From positions 1 to 64,000 of the forward strand of contig CAUYUJ010000330.1 in the NCBI GenBank assembly GCA_963575745.1: a stretch of DNA of 64,000 nucleotides. The letters are read 5' to 3'. Source of the stretch: Prorocentrum cordatum. Lineage: Eukaryota. The first letter of the stretch is position 1, and each line of letters begins with the position of its first letter. Below are positions 25,957 to 37,699 of this stretch, one piece after another. A program made the position numbers and the translations under genes. A model generated the notes under the pieces. The model made no database searches. It saw only the letters and a list, made by a program, of their open reading frames with translations, and was not told the origin of the DNA.

Positions 25957-26496
25957 GACCGGGGGGGGCAGCAGAATCGTTCGCACCCTCGGGTTTCTTC
26001 TCTTCCTCCTTCTCCTCCTCCTCCTACTCCTCCTCCTCCTCCTCCTCCTCCTCCTCCTCCTCCTCCTCCTCCTTCTCCTCTTGTCCTGTTCCTACTCCTG
26101 CTCCTGCTCCTGCTCCTCCTTCTCCTCCTCCTCCTCCGCCTCCTCCGCCTCCTCCTCCTCCTCTTCCTCTTCCTGTTCCTCTTTCTTATCCTCATCGTCA
26201 TCTTCATCGTCATCATTTCTCCCTCCCTCCCTCCCTCCCTCCATTCCCCCCACTCCTCCTCCTCCTGCTGCACCCTCACCATGAATTGACACGTATGCCT
26301 GGAAGGCACATGATGGGAAGCAGGGAGGGAGGGAAGGGGGGGAAGGGGAAGGGGAGGAGCAAGCAGAGGATGGGGGGAAGGGAAGGGAGGGGAGGGAAGG
26401 GAGGGGAGGGACCCCTGGTGCCCTCGCCCTTGCGGTGGCACGCCTTTGCTCCTGCCCCGCCTTGAGCTCCGGACGCGCGCCGCGCGCCTCCCGAAG

Positions 26497-26574
26497 GAGG
26501 TGGGCACCACTGGCGGCCTGGGCGGTATCTTCGGCATTCTCTACGGGATCGGCTACGGGCTACCCATACCCGAG
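26497..26574 (+). CDS. Host gene exon E
   Basis: aag|EVGTTGGLGGIFGILYGIGYGLPIPE; GC donor GAG|gctacg. Confidence 0.85.
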
Positions 26575-27360
26575 GCTACGGGTCGGTGAAGCCCCCCTCG
26601 TCGGGAGGAGCAGAGGAGCAAGGGGAGGGGGCGGCGGGAAGGGGGCCCCTGAGATCCGTGGGTTGCTGCTTTTTCACACCAGGCGTTTTCGCCAGGCTTC
26701 GGGCCCCGGGGCCATGCGCAGCTCGACGAGTTCTGCAGAAAGATGGGGTCTGGGTCTCCGGTCGTGATTTCCCCCCTGTGTTGCGATTTTGTTCGCGACG
26801 CCGGATCTCTCGGACCCAGCACCGGACCGCGGGAGGGGAAGGGGCGGGAGCGGGGGAGGTCAGGGCCACGAGGACTTGAGGTTGGAGGGGGAGCAGGGCG
26901 GGCGGAGCAGTAGCAGGAGGAGAGGGAGAGGAGGAGGAGGAGGAGGAGGAGGAGGAGGAGGAGGAGGGAGGAGGTGGAGGAGGAGGAAGAGAGGAAGAGA
27001 GGAAGAGGAGGAGGAGGAGGAGGAGGAGGAGGAGGAGGAGGAGGAGGAAGAGGTCGCGCGCGCCCCAGGGAGCCGCAGAGGCAAAAAGAGAAGGAGGAGG
27101 AGGAGGAGGAACGCAACCCAAGACTCATCAACGATGTTGGAATGCGCCCTCTCTCCAAGCTCCCTCTTCACAGGCCCCTAGAAGGGTTAACTTCCACTGA
27201 AGGAAATGCCTCGTTGGGGGACAGCCGTGTGAAAATCCTGAAGCGCGCCGAAACATCTTGGGGATCCTGAATCGCACCAGAACACCATTCCTGGGACTTC
27301 AACACCGCGAATTGACGTCACTGCTGCGCCCTGACAATCCTGAAACACCCCAGAACATCA

Positions 27361-27715
27361 GCGAGTTTCCTTGCAACGATTTAAAGGAATGTGCGCGGCG
27401 CTAAGGCGAGAGCCACATGCTGAAAAGCAACCGCCCTCAATCCGTGAAACCCTTGCAAGTTCTGAAAGCGAATGCACGCGTCGCTGAAGCGAAAGCCTCG
27501 TTTGGAGAACAACACACCCCCAATCCGTGAAATTCTTGCACAGGTTTAAAACGAATGCGCGCGGTGCGAAGGCGAGAGCCACATTTTGAAAACGACCTGC
27601 CCTCAATCCGTGAAATTCTGGCACATTTTTTAAACGAATGTGCGCGCCGCTAAGGCGAGAGCCAAATTTTGAAAACCACCCGCCCTCCATTCACGAAATT
27701 GCTGACAATTCCTAA
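27361..27715 (+). repeat. About 75-bp tandem satellite; further arrays at 29000-29175 (+), 30890-31390 (-) and degenerate 14620-14830 (-)
   Basis: Unit aatgtgcgcggcgctaaggcgagagccacattttgaaaa..ccgccctcaatccgtgaaa..cttgcaa. Confidence 0.9.
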
Positions 27716-27882
27716 TCGTCCAGATCACAAATGGTGAGGAAGGCAACGCCCGGCCCGCCCTTTCGACCAGTCGCGGGGCGCGCCAGGGAGGAGTTATTGA
27801 TCAGGGGCAGGAATGGAGAAGGAGGGAGAGGAGGAGGAGGAGGAGGAGGAGGAGGAGGAGGAGGAGGATTGCGGTTCTGCAG

Positions 27883-27969
27883 GCTCAGCCGTGGAGCCCG
27901 TCTTTGCCATACCGACTGCTGACCAAGACAGGGAACTTGTTGAACGGCCTGCGCAACTTTGGGAGGTGA
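27883..27969 (+). CDS. Host gene terminal exon F
   Basis: ctgcag|AQPWSPSLPYRLLTKTGNLLNGLRNFGR-TGA. All six exons join with consistent phase into one reading frame. Confidence 0.75.
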   Translation, partial: AQPWSPSLPYRLLTKTGNLLNGLRNFGR

Positions 27970-30900
27970 CGTCGCGGAGTAAATAGGACAAGCCTGGAGT
28001 GTGGCACGATACCCAAGAAGATTTGAGCAAGCAGTGAAAAGCGACGGGGAGTGAGAAGGCGGTCGGGAAAAAGGAGGAGCAGAAGAAGGAGGAGGAGGAG
28101 GCGGAGGAGGGGGAAGGATCAGGAGGAGGAAGGAGGAAGAAGGTGGAGGGCAAGGAGGAGGAGGAGAAGGAGAAAGGTGAGGAAGAGCGAGGAAAGGCAC
28201 AAGGGTGGGAGGGAGGAGGGAGACGACAGGAGAAAAGGGCGATAGCAGAGGAGGAGGGAAGGAATGAGGAGGATGAGAGGAGTAGGGGGATGCCGAAGAG
28301 GTAATGACGAGGAGGAGGAGGAATGCCGAGTAGAGGAAATGCCGAGCAGGAGTGCCGAGGAGGAGGAGGAGGAGGAGGAATGCCGAGCAGGATTGCCGAG
28401 GAGAAGGAGGAGGAGGAGGAGGAGGAGGAGGGGGAAGACGAGGAGGAGGAGGAGGAGGAGGAGGAGGAGGCGAATTGCAGAGGAGGAGGAGGAGGAGGAA
28501 GAAGAAGAAGAAGAAGAAAGCCGAGCAGGATCGCCGAGAAGGAGGAATACCCCATTTTCGGGGCGGTGGAGGTGTCTGCTGGCTAGCGACCATTGTGCTT
28601 GGGCGGCGGGAGAGACCCGCGCGCGCTGGGGGGAGGAGGGGGCAGAGGAGGAGGAAGGAGGAGGACCAGTGTAAACCCAAGACCCCTCGACGATAGTGCA
28701 ATAAACTCTCCCTCAAAGTTCCCTCTTCATAGGTTTCATGCAAGGATTCCCCTTCGAACTGAGTGAAGTACCCCGTTGGAAGACAACCGTCTGAAAACCC
28801 GGAAGTGCGCCAGAGCACCATCATTGGGACTTCAGTGCCGCGAATCACTTTATTGTTGCGTCATGAACACCTTGACGCGTGCCAGAACACATGTCCTGGG
28901 TTGCAACACCGCGAATCACCGTGATTTGTTGCGCCCTGACACTCCCACTCCGTGCCAACAAATCATTCTGGAACGTTAGCCATGAGAATCTTTGGAACTG
29001 CTGCAAACTCTTCAGACTAATGTGCGCGACGCCACGGCGAGAGCCACATTTTGAAAGCCGGCCGCCCTTCATCCGTGAAACGCTTGCACGCTGTTGAAGA
29101 CGAGCGGCGCTAGCCCGAGAGCCACATTTTGAGAGCGGACAGCCCTCCATCCGTGAAACCGTTCCAAATCTCAAGCTTTATGCTTAAATACGGTCAGGAA
29201 GTATTAGGCGAAACGCCCAGCTCGCCCTTTCGATTGGCTTCGGGGTGCGACAGGGAGTGGTCATCTATATAGAAGAGAGATGGAGGAGGAGGAGGAGGAG
29301 GAGGAGGAGGAGGAAGTGGAGGATGAGGTCTTCCCCTCATCCTCCTCACCTCCCTCCTCCTCCTCTTCCACCTCCTCCTCCTCCTTCTCCTCCTCCTCCT
29401 CCTCCTCTCCCTCCTTCCTCCACCACCGTCTCCTCCTCATACCATCCTCCTCCTCCTCCACCGTCCCCCTCCACCTCCTCCTCCACCGCTCTTCCCTCCA
29501 CATATCCTCACTCCTCCTCCGCCTCCTACCTTCCGCCTCACCCCCCAACGGCGCGCGCGGGTCTCCCTTGCCGCCCGAGCCGGTAGACACCTCCACCGCC
29601 CCTCAAATGGGGCGACCCCCCGTAGGTGGCCAGCTGCTTGACACAGCGGCCGCTCTCAGACGGAAGGGGTCTGCCGGATAAGGTTTTTAGACTGACTGGG
29701 CATACCCAGGAGTTCCTCGACTCCCCCCTTCTCCTCCACCTCCTCCTCCTCCTCCTCCTCCTCCTCCTCCTCCTCCTCCTCCTCCTCCTCCACCTCCTCC
29801 TCCTCCTCCTCCTCCTCCTCCTCCTCCTCCTCCTCCTCCTCCTATCCTCCTCCTCCTCCTCCTCCTTCTTCCTCATCCTGCGACCATTTATTGCGAAGGC
29901 CTAAAGGCCAGTGCCGCCGACCCTGAGAACGACAAAGATGAAAACGAGGGGGCGGCAGGGGGAGGAGGATGAGTGGGAGGTGGAGGAAGGATGGAGGAGG
30001 TGGATGAGGGAGGAGGAGGGGGAGCAGAGGGGAGGGGGAGGAGGAGGAGGAGGAGGAAGAGGAGGGGGAGCAGAGGGGAGAGGGGGAGGAGGAGGAGGAG
30101 GAGGAGGAGGAGGAGGAGGAGGAGGAATAGGAGGAGGAGTAAGATGAGGAGGCCAGAAGCTTTCTTGGGACAGCCTGAGGCTCTTCAGGCCGTCTTGGGC
30201 CGTCCAGGGCTCCGCTTGCGCCGTCTCGAGACAAGGCCTCCTCGGCAGTTTGGGGCTCTCATGGGCTGTCTTGGGGCAATATTGGTGGCCTCTTGGGCCG
30301 TCTTGGAGGCGTCTTGGGCCGTCTTGGGGCCCTCTTCGGCCGTTATCTCGTGCGAAAGCTCCTGGAGGCCTCTGTCAAGGCATCTTGGACAGATCGTTCG
30401 GCGATCCAGGGTTCTCTTGGACTGTCTTTGGGGCCTCTTGGGGCACTCTTGGCCGCCCGTCTTGGGGCTTCTTGAGGCTCCAGGACTCCCCGGGGGGGCC
30501 GTCGTATCTGACACCCCCCCCGGGACCCCCTGGCGGGGACCCCCCACACCGGCGGGGGAGGGATCGAAGGGAAGGGGCTTCCTTTCGACTCAATTACGGC
30601 GTTACTAAACTTCGCTTTGGTTGGCGTGCTGAGGTGGTCCCTGGGAAAGGGGGGAGCTTCGACGAGCCCAGGGAAAGGGGGAGGCAGGGAAAGCGGACTA
30701 CAAAGACGACGACCAACGAATGACGGAGATGACGATTTGAACGGACAAGCCTTCCGCACACGCCGACAGGGTCGTGGATTTTCCTTACACCTATTTTTTC
30801 CTTGTCGCACCCCGAGGCCACTTGTTAGGGCGGGCCGGGCGTTTCGCCTGAGACTTCCTCACCATTGATGATTATGAAGGTAAAAGATGACAACAGCTTC

Positions 30901-31627
30901 ACGGATGGAGGGGTTTTCAAAATCTGGCCCTTGCTTTAGCGCCGCGCAAATCCGTGTTTTTTTAATTGCAAGAGCTGCACGGATTGAGGGCGGGTCGTTT
31001 TCGAAATGTGATTATCGTCTCAGCGCCGCGCACATTCGATTTAAACAATTGCAAGACATTTACGGATTGAAGGCGGGTGGCTTTCAAAATGTGGTTCTCG
31101 CCTTAGCGCCGCGCACATTTTTGAACTTGTAAGAGATTCACTGATTGAGGGCGGTTCCTTTTCAAAATGTGGCTCTCGCTTGAGCGCCGCGCACATTCTT
31201 TCAAACATTGCAAGAGCTTCACGGATTGAGGGTGGGTCGTTTTCAACATGTGGCTCTCGCTTAGCGCCGCGCACATTCGATTCAAAAGATTTCAAGAGTT
31301 TTGCGGGTTGAAGGCAGGTGTTTTTCACAATGTGGTTCTCGCCTTAGCGCCGCGCACATTTGTTTTTGAGAGACGCAAGAGCTTCACTGATTCCCGTGAT
31401 CAACGTACCAGTAGGAATGTGTTGTAAGGATTCAGGTTTACACGGCAGCAGCAGTTATCTTTACTCGCGGTGCTGAAGTCCCAAAAGTGGCGTTCCGGCA
31501 CGATTCCAGATGGTCAGGACGCATCAGTCAGGTTGACCCGTGGCCTGGAAATCCCAAGGACAATGTGTTGGCATGCTTCAAGGTCTTCAAACAGTTGTCT
31601 TCCAACGAGGCAGTTCCTTCAATGGAA

Positions 31628-32615
31628 ATTGTTGTCGCTTCGCGAATCCCCACCAGCCCATCCAGAAACGATGCCCAGAGGAATTGCCTCGATCAGAGAA
31701 GTGGGCAGCACACAGAGGAAGCCATTATGAGACATCTTGGGATATCTTGAGCCATCTTGGAGGTCATTTTGGGCTCTCCCAGACGCTCTTGGAGTCATCT
31801 TAATCCGTGCCCCCCCCCAAGAGGCCTCCATGTGGCTAAAACCTGTGTAGAATCAATGATTAGGCATTCTCGCCGAGGCCTCTTGGAGCATCTTGGGTGC
31901 ATCTGGGGGGGCTCTTGGGGCCTCTTGGGGGTCTCTTGGGGGCCTCCGGGGGGCCTCTTGGGGGCCTCTTGGGGCCATTTTGGGGCCATCTTGGGACCTC
32001 TTGGGGCTTCCTGGGCGCTTCTTGGGGCCATCTTGGAGGAGATCGATCAAACAAGAGGGGGGGTTTAATTAGCGTCCCCCCTCGGAAGCCCCTAAAATCG
32101 CCTCTTGGACCCCTCTTGGAACGCTCTTGGAGTGCTCTTGGGCGCTCTTGGGGCCGTCTTGGGGCTCTTTTGGGGCTCTCTTGGGGCCCTCTTGGGCCAT
32201 CTTGGAACCATCTCCAGGCCTCGGATGGCCATCGGAAGCGAAAAGGCGAGAAAGCAAAAATCATTGATTTTCCTTAGGTTTTGGGACGATTTTGGCCTCT
32301 TCGGGGCCTCCTTGGGGAGCTGTTTGGCCACTTGGAGTTATCTTGGGGCCGTCTTTGGGCTTCTTGGAACCATCTTAGGAGCCATCTCGAGCGATCTTGC
32401 GCTATCTTGAGCCATTTTGGAGCTCATCTTGGGTTCTCTGAGGCGCTCTTGGAGCCGTCTTGGGCCATCTGGGACGCTCTAACTACCCGCGGCCCCCCCC
32501 GTCCAGGTCCAGGGGAGGGGGTAGGGGGAGGGGTAAACCCCTCCCCAAGGGGGAAGAGGGAGGGGTGGAAGAGGATCTGCTCTAGACCACCTACGCCCAG
32601 AGGGCTGGTGGGATT
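31628..32615 (-). mobile_element. Non-autonomous Helitron2/Helentron-like element, copy 1
   Basis: Asymmetric inverted repeats ATCCC(C)ACCAGCCC, a 3' mini-hairpin TCGC-GAA-GCGA, and about 600 bp near-identical to copy 2. Confidence 0.7.
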
Positions 32616-32883
32616 AAGCCGTTGTGGGGACCTATGAAGAGGGAGCCTGGAGGGAGGGTTCATTTCATCACGTTGATGACTCTTGGGTATACACTGGTCC
32701 TCCTCCTCCTCCTTCTTCCCACAGCCCTGAAGACCAACGTCTGAGGTGTCCACTCATGCATACGTCAGCGGTGAGAAGGGCGGCAAGTATAGCGGGGGAC
32801 AAGGAGAGCAGCAATGGCCAACATCAACCCGACTCGCAAAATGGATCGAGCGGGGCATAGAGATGGGCAGTTGACGCCTCTAA

Positions 32884-34613
32884 CTATGCATCCCCAGGAG
32901 GCGTGGGGGCGCAGCGTTGCGAGGCGGCCTGAGTGATAACAGCAGCGAGGTAGAACTCAACCTGGCTGCTGTCAGGAGGGGCCAAAGTCGGCACGGCATT
33001 CAAGAACGGGCACTGACGGTCCCCGATGGGCAAACAGCTCGACGTGAGTGTCGGAGACAATGCCGACAGGGAGCGCAGGAACTTGACCTCGGGGATTTTC
33101 CAAACACAGGGCATATGGGCTTGCGGAGCAGGTGGGTCTAAAGTGAGCAAGGTCGCCAGGCCCGAGGACACCGCACACAGCGCCAGCGTCAGTGCCGCCC
33201 GAAGGCACGCGTTGTCGAGCTCAAGCTGCCTCCACTCCGAAGGCGACCTAGCTGGAATCCCCCACGGCCCATCGCAGCTCCTTAAAGGCTTGCTTTCTCC
33301 ACCCTTGGCTTTGCAGCGGGGGGCGGGGTCCCACGAGGTAAGAGGAAGGTCTGCCAAGAGACCAACAACACGTCCAGACAGGATTAAATCGGCAATGAAC
33401 AACAGCTCCCTATGAAACCCCTCGATGCAATTCTGGAAAAGTTCGAGGATATTTAATGACAGAACATTCATCCCCGCCGTGGCACTGGAACTCTCCGCTC
33501 TATCCTGGATGTCGCCTTGACTCCTGGGAGCTGCACGGAGGATCATAATGTACTTAGTGCCAGGGGGCGCGGGCAGGTGGACTACCGCCTGAGCGGGCAC
33601 CTCTTCCTGGATACACACGGGTTGACAGGATATTCTCGGCATGCTTGAGGGAAGGCCCTCGGAAGCAGCCGCCCCCCTCAGCCAAGGGCCTACCGTTAGG
33701 ACAGGCGGCAGCTGAGCTGGCTCCGCATAGTGGCCTTTCCCACGGAGCATGCGAGCTAGCTCCGCGCCCTCGGCCCTAGCCTGCAACACCTGTTCGGGGC
33801 TCGACGGGGGGGGGGGGCGGCCATGGGATCCGCCAGGCACCTCGACGAGCAATGCCGAACGTGTTTGAGCAATCTGAGGTGCGTGTGGAAGTTGAGTCCG
33901 CATGCCATGCACACGGCACCTGACACGCAGCTGGGGGCGGGGTCTAAGTGGGGGTGGCATTTCGAACGATGGGAAGCCCACGCGCCCTTGGTGGCCAACA
34001 CCGCCCCACAATCCAGGCAAGGATACAAGGCAAGGGCCGACGGCGAACGAAGAAACGGCGGGGGCGCAAGACCCTTGGAGATGCAGCACCTCCGCCACCC
34101 ATCTCTGAATTCTTCGCGACGCTGACCGTCCAAAAACTTAGCCCTGGCAGCAGATTCCGCTCGCTTGCAAATTCGCCTCCAAAACTTTTTACTGCTAGAC
34201 CTCAGGAGCCACAACCACCACGCAGGGGGCCCTGAGGGCTGGAACTCTCTGGCTAGATTTACATGTCTGCTGAGCCACAAGAGGTCATCGCAGCACAATG
34301 CGGACCACGATTCAGGCACTGATGCTAACTCGTCAAGGATCGCCAGCAAGCAAGCCGGCGCCGACTTGAGAAACCTGGGAAGAAACCGCAGCCGCCCAAG
34401 CCTCAACACCAGCTCAACGGGCACGAGCTCGCATGTGACAAAGACCCCGTTGTCCGCAGCCGCCTTTCCTGAAGTAGAACCGTAGCCGAGCCCAGCCGCC
34501 AACCGAAACGGGCGCAAGTAATTGCGCGCCAGGGTCGCCAACTGTTTGACATTTAGCTTGTGCCAAGTAAGGGCATTAAACAGAAGGTGCGAAGTGCACA
34601 AGGAGGTAACATA
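32884..34613 (-). pseudogene. LINE ORF2 part 3: post-RT region, two C2H2 fingers and a degenerate cytosine-methyltransferase-like domain
   Basis: SHLLFNALTW, CLDC..HRSKCH, CMAC..HVRH; then ILRAAPRSQGDIQ, VLSLNI, GRVVGLLADLPLTSW, PLRSCDGPWGIP, QLELDN, CVWKIPEV, RQCPF. Confidence 0.7.
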
Positions 34614-35589
34614 AATCCCACCAGCCCTCTGGGCGTAGGTGGTCTAGAGCAGATCCTCTTCCACCCCTCCCTCTTCCCCCTTGGGGAGGGGTTTACCCCT
34701 CCCCCTACCCCCTCCCCTGGACCTGGACGGGGGGGGCCGCGGGTAGTTAGAGCGTCCAAGATGGCCCAAGACGGCTCCAAGAGCGCCTCAGAGAACCCAA
34801 GATGAGCTCCAAGATGGCTCAAGATAGCGCAAGATCGCTCACGATGGCTCCTAAGATGGTTCCAAGAAGCCCAAAGACGGCCCCAAGATAACTCCAAGTG
34901 GCCAAACAGCTCCCCAAGGAGGCCCCGAAGAGGCCAAAATCGTCCCAAAACCTAAGGAAAATCAATGATTTTTGCTTTCTCGCCTTTTCGCTTCCGATGG
35001 CCATCCGAGGCCTGGAGATGGCTCCAAGATGGCCCAAGAGGGCCCCAAGAGAGCCCCAAAAGAGCCCCAAGACGGCCCCAAGAGCGCCCAAGAGCACTCC
35101 AAGAGCGTTCCAAGAGGGGTCCAAGAGGCGATTTTAGGGGCTTCCGAGGGGGGACGCTAATTAAACCCCCCCTCTTGTTTGATCGACTCCCTCCAAGATG
35201 GCCCCAAAAGCGCCCCGAAGGCTCCCCAGAGCGCCTCAAGAGGGTCCCAAGAGGCGCCCAAGATGCCCCAAGGCGCCCAAAAAGCCCTCCAAGAGGCCCT
35301 CAAAAGACCCCCAAGAAGCTCCTTCCCCTCCTCCTCCTCCTCCTCCGATTCTTCCTCCTTCTCCGTCCTCCTCCTCCTCCTCCTCCTCCTCCTCTTCCCC
35401 CTCCTCCTCCTCCTCCTCGACGACGACGACGACGACGACGACTCCTCTTCCATCCTCCCCCTCTCGGGGTCTGTGACAGCTTCCCCCGCCCTTTGTTATT
35501 CTGCATGCTCCCCGACTTCCCTGATCACCTCAACTCCCCTGAGCATCGTTTCTGGATGGGCTGGTGGGGATACGCGAAGCGTCAACAAT
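34614..35589 (+). mobile_element. Non-autonomous Helitron2/Helentron-like element, copy 2, inserted into the LINE
   Basis: 5' aatcccaccagccc and 3' gggctggtggggat-ACGC-GAA-GCGT-caacaat. Removing it without assuming a TSD restores the LINE frame (KAGL|YVTSLCTSHLLFNA). Confidence 0.75.
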
Positions 35590-35590
35590 T

Positions 35591-37652
35591 AGCCCGGCTT
35601 TTAAATTGGCTTGCTGTCTAGGGAAAACCGTGCGCCTCAGCACCCCGAGAGGACGTCGCTGCTGGTGGCATCGGTGTGCCAGTTCGGGTCCCAAAGAGAT
35701 TTGATGGTCCTGAGCCCAAGTGCTTATAGGTCCTAGTGAGGCACAGGGAGACGCTTAAGGAAGGAACGGGAAGGCCTGTGGCGGCCAGGGCCGCACACTC
35801 CCCTCGGGCCTTCCTGAGGCCTGTGCCGCTGAAGAAGGCCATGAGCTCCGTCTTGCCCGCCTTCCAGTTCATGGTGAACCCCCATAGACTTGGTTTCTTC
35901 GTACATTATCGTAACGAGGGAAATGGCCGCCTCCTTCCAGAGCCTAGCGTCTAACAGCTCGACGCCGTTGACGAGGTCATCCATGAAGGCAGGATCCCAT
36001 ACATCCTCTTCTGCATGCTCGTGCTCTCGACCTCTGAAGATCCTCTGAGACGGGTCCACACCCCTGGTCTTCTGAAGATATCCCAGAGCGCCTAGTCTAT
36101 TACTGACCGCAACTATGATAGGGTCGAAGGCTATGATGAACAGGAGGTCCGCTAATGGCACGCCTGGCCTCGCGCCTAGGCGGGGGGAAACAATACTAGT
36201 GTTCCCCCGTACTTGGAACCAGTTACACTCCATCACGTCTACCATTGCTTCCAGGAGGTGCTTATTTTCGAGCGCGTCCAGGGCGCCAGGCTTGGCGACG
36301 AGGGCATGGCAAAGTGGCTCGAGGCAGTTTGGCACCTCCAAGTCCGTCAGCGCGTTCTGAATATCCTCGCTGTTCTGGGCCATTCTGGCAACAAACCCTC
36401 GAATGACCGAGTAGAATGCCGCCTTCAAATCAGTGTACAACGACAAGTATGTGCGCTTCCTAGCTTTGGCTGCCAGCATGGCCGATCGAAGGTGCAAGGG
36501 TGCAATGTCAGTGCCACGCTGAGGGAGACTTCCCTGCTGGACCACCGACAACATGTGCAACGATGCATCTAGCAATTTGCTTCTGAGGAAGGCATGGTGC
36601 AACTTCGCCGTGTGACATCCTAGCAGGATTCCTCTATAGTGTTCCAGGGGTTGAGGGGATCCAGATTTGTGTAGATCGCATTGCCAACCTCCTTTGAACA
36701 GCAGGGGCTCCCTGGACGCCATATCTATCTTCACGAACAGCGGCAACAAGATTTGAGTGCACTCTTGTGGAGCGACCCGGAAGAGATCGTTGCTGAGCCT
36801 GTCTGGTCCAGCTCCTCTCCTCTTGGCTGCCTTCATGATGTCATGCTTGAGTCTGCGAAAGGGGGTGATCATGTCCAACTCCCTGGGGTAGACGTTACCA
36901 CGCTCAGGGAGGGCATTGTAGCGTTTCACTAATTCTTCCCAGCTGAGTGTCTGCCCGTTCTCGACTACAGCAAAGTAGTCCGTGAGGGCCTCCGAGAGAT
37001 CTCCAGAAGTGGCCAGAACTTCGCCCTGAGGACCACGGCGGATTCTCAGCGCCTCGACCTGAAACCTGGAGCGCTTTCCCCCGAATCTTTGCAGCTGGCA
37101 CAGCACCTTCCACTCCACGCGACTCTCGTGGGAGGACCTGGCGCTGCACATCTGCTGCGCGAGGTCATCTAGCAACTTGTTGCGAGAGTGCTTCAAGGCC
37201 CTTCTCAAGGCCGGCTTCGACTTGACCAAGAAACCCAGCAGGTGCTCGGCGAGCTCGCTCGCCGTCATCCTCTGAGTTCCCCATGAGACGAAGGCTTGAA
37301 AAAGCTCCGAAACCAAGAAGTCCAACTCTAGATCTGCGATGTTCTGGGGGGCCCCCGCCTCAAGCGACGTGGCGACCAGCCTCCTAACACCACCAGATTC
37401 CTGCTTGCCCCAGAGACGCCATGCCTGTCGCACCTGCCTCCTGAAGATAATAACCCCAAGAAGATCCTCCGATACGTTCGGCTTGATCGGGACCCGTGCG
37501 GGTTTAGGGAAGCAAGTTTGGGCACCCACGTACATGTATTGGATGATGTCGTGCAAGTGCTGATTCACGTCAACCTGGTGGGGCACCGTGGGGAAAGCTG
37601 CCAAGTGTATCCTGAAAGCTGCTGCCTTATCAGGGTCCTGGGTGCCCAACAC
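35591..37652 (-). pseudogene. LINE ORF2 part 2: reverse transcriptase (frameshifted)
   Basis: GAGPDRL, YRGILL, QQGSLPQRGT, DLKAAFYSV, GARPGVPLADLLF, FMDDL, then NWKAGKTE and YKHLG in a shifted frame. Confidence 0.92.
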
Positions 37653-37699
37653 GTCGAAACCAATCTGCCCTGCGCCGCCTGGGTGGAGCCCTGGGACTC

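Noticed and set aside
29626..29681. Possible extra terminal exon of the host gene
   Set aside because: Exon F already ends in an in-frame TGA, and the phase does not fit this acceptor convincingly.
32409..32430. SL-like AGCCATTTTGG
   Set aside because: A single-base variant of the GCCATCTTGG repeat unit; the second copy of the element has C at that position.
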